A DNA stretch of 29,660 bases from a virus (Duplodnaviria > Caudoviricetes): the IMG/VR virus record IMGVR_UViG_3300012942_000106, positions 1 through 29,660 of that record. One strand, given 5' to 3'. Under the pieces are notes generated by a model. That model did no database searches, had not been told where the DNA came from, and was given only the letters and a program-made list of their open reading frames with translations. Each line of letters begins with the position of its first letter. Position 1 is the first letter of the stretch. Below, piece after piece: positions 24,786 through 29,660 of the stretch. A program made the translations under genes and the position numbers.

Positions 24786-26804
24786 TTAAAGATTATTTTT
24801 TGCTTGTTGTTTTACCGCTTCTGGGTTGTATGATGAGAGTATCTCATCAAAATCGTTTTCTAAATCAGAATCCATTGGTTCCTCGATAGTTTTAACTGCA
24901 GGTAGTTGTTTTATTTTAACATCTTCCAGTAGATGAATTCTACTAATGCGTTCTTTTTGTTTTTTGATAGAATCGTCGAACTCTTTAACATATTCTTTTT
25001 GTTTAGTTATAGCTCTAAGATCATCTTCTGTTTGTTCTGATGTAGCTTCATTGTAAGTTATTATCTTCTCACATTCGCAGATATATTGATCGTTTTGATA
25101 GAGCACTACAGTTGGAATATTTCCATCTTTTGATGGCAAATAGTAAGCATCTACGCTGTAGTTATTTGGTTGTAGTAGTTCCAAAATATTTACTGAAGGC
25201 AGTTTATATTTAGCATGTTGAACTCTTACATATTGACTTCTTCTTATTGTTGTAGGGGTACAATTACCTACATATTTTGCCCAAATAACTTCGTCAAATT
25301 TGGCTAGATTAGGATTGATGTTCATCGTTAGAACATTCATTCTACTCATCCCTTTGTATTTCTTTTGGTTCGGGTGCAATCCGTTATTATATTTTTCAAT
25401 AATTTCTCTATCATCAGCAACAAGCTCATCATATTCGTATTTCTTTTCGTTGTAATTATTATTTTCGCTATCAAACACTTTTTCAACTATCGTTCTATGC
25501 GCTTCTGATTTTGCATACCATCTACCAATACCGTCCTGGTATCTTTTCTCAAAACCATATTTCTTAGCCTTATTAAAGTGTTCAGCTCTCTTTTCTTGTG
25601 AGTTTCCTGCTCCACACCATCTTACAAATGGAAAAGCAACTCCTGCTTTCATCAAATCATTTTTGAATCTATTAACAAGGTGATGTTCAACTTCCATTTC
25701 CATTGGTATGCCCATTTCGTTTCCGTCCAAGAATAGTAACATGTCTTTTATACAGTCTAGAAATAGCTTAGTATCTTTATCTCTTGAATAAGAAGCTCCA
25801 ATTACACATCCTGAAGCAACATCGTAAGCGTAGTACGCTTTAACTCGTTTACCGTTAAGCATTTTACGTGGTAAGTCTCTATCGTCAAGTGATATTTTAC
25901 TTAAAGAGAAGTTAGGAGAGTGGCGGTGGTGGTGAGGTCTATGCTCATTATTAAACTGAAGGGAACCGCTTCTGTATTTATCAACGATTGTTCTGTTTTT
26001 AGGATCATTAATGTAGTTCCAAACAGTTGCTTCGCTTATAACTAATGGCTTACCATCTTTTTCAAATTCTTTCGGATCAAATAATTCTCCAGTTTTTTGA
26101 TCAACAATTTCTAGTGCTCCTCCTAAGAATTGTAAGTAGATCTGTTGTACAGTTGATGAAAACGGTTTATTTTTCATACAATAGATTGATAGAATCAAAT
26201 CTTCCAGTTGCTCATTTACTTTTCTTGAATTGTTATTGCCTTCTCCACCATGAACAAGAGACATATAACCTCCATCAATGTATTTATCATACACAACTCT
26301 CAATGCTTTTGAGCTAGTAGGAAGTTTGAACTCATAATCTTCTAAACTATTGAGTGAGTCAGATATGTTTTGCCATATTTTACCAATCTTTAAACGACCT
26401 ACGTGTTTTCGTTCATAGTCTTTGCATGCGTTCAATAGAATAGCATTAGTAGCATATATGCGTTGCTTTTTTGGAGCTAAACTTCTGTTATCATTATTCT
26501 GATAATTAGCAAAAAATCGGATAGCTTCGTTATCGGGTTTTATGTAGTTGGTAAGTAGATTAAATGCGACACTTGAAGGGTGTTGAATAGCAACTACTTT
26601 CGCTTTAATATCTGATCTCATTGAATCAAACTCTATCAATGCGTAATTTGATTTTCCTTTTCCTGGTCTAAGTATATAAAGCTGTCCTCTATTCGTTAAA
26701 TTTCTATAGGATGAATCTGTGATTATATGCTCTTCATCAACCAAGAATGGTTTTCTGACACATAATGTGCCTGCGTAATATTCGTATGGAGATGCTTGTA
26801 TCAT
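24786..26804 (-). CDS. Mu-like DDE transposase (MuA analogue)
   Basis: 672 aa. ISLDDRD, YYAYDVASGCVIG, EVEHH and NSQEKRAEHFN integrase-core motifs. Confidence 0.88.
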   Translation of the reverse strand: MIQASPYEYYAGTLCVRKPFLVDEEHIITDSSYRNLTNRGQLYILRPGKGKSNYALIEFDSMRSDIKAKVVAIQHPSSVAFNLLTNYIKPDNEAIRFFANYQNNDNRSLAPKKQRIYATNAILLNACKDYERKHVGRLKIGKIWQNISDSLNSLEDYEFKLPTSSKALRVVYDKYIDGGYMSLVHGGEGNNNSRKVNEQLEDLILSIYCMKNKPFSSTVQQIYLQFLGGALEIVDQKTGELFDPKEFEKDGKPLVISEATVWNYINDPKNRTIVDKYRSGSLQFNNEHRPHHHRHSPNFSLSKISLDDRDLPRKMLNGKRVKAYYAYDVASGCVIGASYSRDKDTKLFLDCIKDMLLFLDGNEMGIPMEMEVEHHLVNRFKNDLMKAGVAFPFVRWCGAGNSQEKRAEHFNKAKKYGFEKRYQDGIGRWYAKSEAHRTIVEKVFDSENNNYNEKKYEYDELVADDREIIEKYNNGLHPNQKKYKGMSRMNVLTMNINPNLAKFDEVIWAKYVGNCTPTTIRRSQYVRVQHAKYKLPSVNILELLQPNNYSVDAYYLPSKDGNIPTVVLYQNDQYICECEKIITYNEATSEQTEDDLRAITKQKEYVKEFDDSIKKQKERISRIHLLEDVKIKQLPAVKTIEEPMDSDLENDFDEILSSYNPEAVKQQAKNNL

Positions 26805-26820
26805 TGTTTTATTTTTTTAT

Positions 26821-26863
26821 TGTTCCTGCTGTAGAATCGAACTACAGAAAAACCATTCAGGAA
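26821..26863 (-). ncRNA. tRNA-like minihelix B
   Basis: Minus strand TTCCTG-AATGGTTTTT-CTGTAG-TTCGATT-CTACAG-CAGGAA-CA: acceptor-like stem plus T-arm. Confidence 0.5.
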
Positions 26864-26870
26864 AATGCAT

Positions 26871-27107
26871 TTATCGTTTAGTATCATTCAATAAAGCATC
26901 TAGTTGATGAAGTTTTGCCATGTCTTTCAGTTCAAAGTCTTTTTCGCATTGAACCAAAACACTTACTCGTTTCATTGCATGGTCAACCGTAACATTTAGT
27001 ACGCCTTTCTCCCAACATTCGTAATCGATTCTTCCTTTTTTCTCTTCAAAATCAAGTGTAAACCCTTGATTTTTTAGCTGATTTGGTAATACTTTTGTGT
27101 ATAGCAT
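26871..27107 (-). CDS. Hypothetical protein (78 aa)
   Basis: Likely start MLYTK at 27107 after an A-rich leader. Confidence 0.6.
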   Translation of the reverse strand: MLYTKVLPNQLKNQGFTLDFEEKKGRIDYECWEKGVLNVTVDHAMKRVSVLVQCEKDFELKDMAKLHQLDALLNDTKR

Positions 27108-27210
27108 AATTTTGTTTTTTAAGTTAAATAAGTGCTCGTCTTTCCGAGCCGTCACCTACGCCTAGGTTAGCGCATTTAAAATTGGCATTATACATACTTC
27201 TGTTTTGCCT

Positions 27211-27277
27211 TGTTCCCGAAGCAGGATTCGAACCTGCTTTAATCTAAATTTTGTGTTCCCAGCCACCAATTCGGGAA
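27211..27277 (-). ncRNA. tRNA-like element A (degenerate, no canonical D or anticodon arm)
   Basis: Minus strand TTCCCGAA-TTGGTGG...-GCAGG-TTCGAAT-CCTGC-TTCGGGAA-CA. Confidence 0.5.
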
Positions 27278-27282
27278 ACCTC

Positions 27283-27498
27283 TTACTGTACAGCTACTTC
27301 TGCTATTGGGTATTGAGGAATATGTATATAGTGATGACACTTCACAGTTTCTACTAAATCGCCAAAACGATGATATGACATGTGTTTTGCTTCATTATAC
27401 TTATCTATTTGACATTGTAAGTACCTTTTGCAACTACTTCTTAACGAACATCTGTGGTTCACACATCGAGTAGTGTCGTCATTGATTAAAGCGTCCAT
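27283..27498 (-). CDS. Small Cys-rich protein
   Basis: DTTRC...C....SCKRY...C pattern, possibly metal-binding. Confidence 0.65.
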   Translation of the reverse strand: MDALINDDTTRCVNHRCSLRSSCKRYLQCQIDKYNEAKHMSYHRFGDLVETVKCHHYIHIPQYPIAEVAVQ

Positions 27499-27836
27499 TT
27501 TTCAAGAATAGTATTGTTTATTCTAACAATAGATGTGTCTTTTGTGAAGGTAAATTCTAGTATATTACCATTGTTGAGTTGAACTTTATCTTTGGCTATA
27601 ACTGTGTAAGGCGCATTGTCTAACGTAGTTTTGGTTACAACAAATGAATGAGGTGCTTTTTGCCAACCGCCTCCTATATTAACTTCTGTGCGGAGCCATT
27701 CTCCAACTAATCTTGAATAGGTACCTTCTATATCTGTATCAGATACCACCCCCACTGGAGTATTTGGCTCAACTTGCTCTTTTTTGCACGATGCAATGGT
27801 GAGAGCTACCAACATGATAAACATTAACTTTTTCAT
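27486..27836 (-). CDS. Lipoprotein, lipocalin-like beta domain
   Basis: MKKLMFIMLVALTIASCKKE lipobox, LVGEW motif. Confidence 0.75.
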   Translation of the reverse strand: MKKLMFIMLVALTIASCKKEQVEPNTPVGVVSDTDIEGTYSRLVGEWLRTEVNIGGGWQKAPHSFVVTKTTLDNAPYTVIAKDKVQLNNGNILEFTFTKDTSIVRINNTILEKWTL

Positions 27837-27842
27837 ACTTAT

Positions 27843-27944
27843 TTATTTTAGGGTTAAATACAATTTAATTGTGGAGTAGATGATTGCTCCTCCAGCTATA
27901 ATAATTACCGCCATGAGCGTTCTAAATTCAAATTTTGGTGTCAT
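27843..27944 (-). CDS. 33-aa single-TM peptide
   Basis: MTPKFEFRTLMAVIIIAGGAIIYSTIKLYLTLK*. ATGA overlap with the stop of 27941..28150. Fills the gap to the next gene. Confidence 0.6.
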   Translation of the reverse strand: MTPKFEFRTLMAVIIIAGGAIIYSTIKLYLTLK

Positions 27945-28150
27945 TTTTTTTCTTTTGATTCTACCAAGTCGTTAATCACTTCTATCAAAACTTTAACTAA
28001 ACATCTTTCTGCTTCTACGACATCATCGATATTTATTACATAATCGTCAGAAGATTCAACTAATGATTGCACATTGCTCAATTTAAGCTCGTGATCAATG
28101 CCAGGAATGAGTTCTTTATATTTGCTATAAATTAATTCTGCTGTTTTCAT
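27941..28150 (-). CDS. Hypothetical protein
   Basis: 69 aa, second gene of the early operon. Confidence 0.6.
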   Translation of the reverse strand: MKTAELIYSKYKELIPGIDHELKLSNVQSLVESSDDYVINIDDVVEAERCLVKVLIEVINDLVESKEKK

Positions 28151-28153
28151 TTT

Positions 28154-28366
28154 TTATTTTTGTTTTTGTGAAACTTCGTGTAATGCTTTCTTTGAAGCAT
28201 TATTCATCTCGTGATATTCAGACTTTAATTTATCTGGTATGATACCAACACGATCTCCTCGTATTGACTTTCGTATGTAGTCTTTTGTAAATCCGTACTT
28301 ATTATGAAGTATAATGATTACATCTTCGTGATAGTACGTTCTTGTTTTTTGTTTACTTTTGCTCAT
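28154..28366 (-). CDS. Cro/Ner-like DNA-binding protein
   Basis: Start MSKSK at 28366 (70 aa). LHNKYGFTKDYIRKSIRG HTH-like segment. Divergent from the repressor. Confidence 0.65.
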   Translation of the reverse strand: MSKSKQKTRTYYHEDVIIILHNKYGFTKDYIRKSIRGDRVGIIPDKLKSEYHEMNNASKKALHEVSQKQK

Positions 28367-28393
28367 TTTATACGTTTTGTATTTTGTACACGA

Positions 28394-28426
28394 CAAATAT
28401 ATAGAATATACTCTAAATAAAACAAA
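28394..28426 (-). promoter_or_regulatory. Early (lytic) promoter: -33 TTTG, 21 nt, -7 TATATTTG, with operator-like TAGAATATACTCTA in the spacer
   Basis: Plus strand CAAATATA (28394-28401) and CAAA (28423-28426). Pseudo-dyad at 28402-28415. Confidence 0.65.
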
Positions 28427-28456
28427 CATTTTGAGTAAATAATCTAAATTATTTTT

Positions 28457-29116
28457 ATGATAGTAGATAGAATATTGAAAATCATCGAGTTAAAAAATAT
28501 AAATAAAAATATTTTTTATAAGGAAACAGGGCTTTCCAATGGTTTTTTAGACAAAGTTAAAGATATTGGGAGTTCAAAAATAGAGTATATACTAATAGCA
28601 TACCCTGACATCAATCCAACTTGGCTTTTAACAGGAAAGGGGGATATGTTAAATAATGAAAATGTCGCATCTGGTCAAATAGTATCAGAATCAGAGGTTG
28701 CTTATGGAAGCCATAAAGGCATTCCATTAGTTAACCTAAGTGCTGTTGCAGGATTTGGCAACTCTTCTTTCTCAATTGAAGAAAGAGACGTAAAAGACTA
28801 TTACATCGTGCCAAAATTCAAGAATAAACAAATTGACTTCATGATTGAAGTAGAAGGATCTAGTATGTACCCAAAATACAATAGTGGAGATGTGGTTGCT
28901 TGTCGCATTATCAATGAAAATAAGTTTATCCAATGGAATAAGGCGCATGTAATCGCCACAAAGGACCAGGGAATAATTATAAAAAGACTAAAACAAGGAT
29001 CCGTTGAAGAAAGCTTACTTATGATTTCGGACAATTTAAGTTATGATCCATTTGAAGTAAATAAAGAAGATATCTCAGGGGTAGCTCTGGTTGTTGGTGT
29101 AATTAGGTTGGAGTGA
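28457..29116 (+). CDS. CI-like repressor (HTH plus S24 autopeptidase)
   Basis: FYKETGLSNG HTH, INPTWLLTGKG, AVAG cleavage site, GSSMYP (Ser) and IIKRL (Lys). Confidence 0.93.
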   Translation: MIVDRILKIIELKNINKNIFYKETGLSNGFLDKVKDIGSSKIEYILIAYPDINPTWLLTGKGDMLNNENVASGQIVSESEVAYGSHKGIPLVNLSAVAGFGNSSFSIEERDVKDYYIVPKFKNKQIDFMIEVEGSSMYPKYNSGDVVACRIINENKFIQWNKAHVIATKDQGIIIKRLKQGSVEESLLMISDNLSYDPFEVNKEDISGVALVVGVIRLE

Positions 29117-29316
29117 AAATTACAAAACAAATTATTCTATTAACTACTTATACCCCCCTATTGGTTCTTTATTATAAAACTATAGTTATTTAATTTTCAA
29201 CGTTTTATAAAAAAATGTATTAGCAAAGTTACACCGTTATAGGCAGTAATATTGGTTATTTTATACTAAAAAAAGGCAAAGTTCGTAATTATAAGTATTA
29301 TTTTTTTGTTTTTTTC

Positions 29317-29352
29317 GAATACCTTAATGAATACCTTAATGAATAACTTAAT
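29317..29352. repeat. 12-bp tandem repeat GAATACCTTAAT x3 (third copy has 1 mismatch)
   Basis: Units at 29317, 29329 and 29341. Confidence 0.85.
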
Positions 29353-29425
29353 ACAAAACTTGTATTTTTCAGCTTTCAATTTAAATTCATTTAAACGCAC
29401 TTAAAGGCTCATTTAAACGACATAA

Positions 29426-29459
29426 AAAAGCCCTCAAAATGTTAATTTTAAGGGCTTTT
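29426..29459. terminator. Hairpin, terminator-like in both directions
   Basis: AAAAGCCCT-C-AAAAT-GTTA-ATTTT-A-AGGGCTTTT downstream of the repressor. Confidence 0.6.
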
Positions 29460-29468
29460 AACTACAAA

Positions 29469-29542
29469 TGGCGGTATAATACTCTATTCGTTGTTACTTC
29501 GTTTAAATATGTGGCGGTATAATGGCGGTATATGTCGGTATT
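29469..29542. repeat. Iterated TGGCGGTATA motifs (candidate transposase-binding or end sites)
   Basis: Exact copies at 29469, 29512 and 29523, plus degenerate TGTCGGTATT at 29533. Confidence 0.7.
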
Positions 29543-29660
29543 TCATAATTCGTATATCATTAAAGATTCATTATAAAAAACGCTGTGTATATTGTATTTA
29601 TTGGTTTTTCACTCTTTTTTCGCTCTTTTTTTATTTCTCTTTTTGTTTTGAGGGGTGTAC

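Larger units (their letters stand above)
1..29660. mobile_element. Mu-like transposable prophage/phage genome segment (Bacteroidota-type, contractile tail), truncated on the left
   Basis: DDE transposase next to a MuB-like ATPase and a CI repressor, DUF935 portal, gp30/gp36-like head genes, sheath/tube/tape measure. No host housekeeping genes in the window. Confidence 0.93.

Noticed and set aside
27211-27277. Functional tRNA gene or integration site
   Set aside because: Too short, with no D-stem or anticodon stem-loop. The element transposes and has no site-specific integrase. Kept only as a tRNA-like structure.
28367-28429. N-terminal extension of track ORF 28154..28429
   Set aside because: Overlaps the predicted early promoter/operator. 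ATG 28366 lies downstream of the -7 element.
29317-29542. Short repeats as a CRISPR array
   Set aside because: Units are 10-12 bp, mostly adjacent without unique spacers, and there are no cas genes.

Overview
AT-rich Mu-like (transposable) prophage with a contractile tail, most likely from a Bacteroidota host (TAnnTTTG -7 promoters, no obvious SD sequences). From right to left: a candidate genome end with iterated repeats; a CI-type S24 repressor (+); a long leftward early operon (Cro/Ner-like, DDE transposase, MuB-like and second AAA ATPase, DUF3164, HNH, GemA-like, DUF4406); a rightward packaging block (TerS, TerL, gp36-like, DUF935 portal, gp30-like, neck genes); and a leftward capsid-lysis-tail block that runs off the left edge. 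The main system is a compact diversity-generating retroelement in the early operon. It has an RT (16859-17821), a 65-bp template repeat (17925-17989) and two paralogous small non-tail targets. Each variable repeat differs from the TR at 11 of 65 positions, all at TR adenines. There is no recognisable avd; a 97-aa gene overlaps the RT stop instead. Other notable signals: a likely -1 ribosomal frameshift fusing portal to the gp30-like protein, an exactly symmetric divergent late promoter, two tRNA-like minihelices upstream of the transposase, and a dinucleotide-slip frameshift just upstream of the DGR targets. All family names come from motif recognition and synteny, not from database searches.
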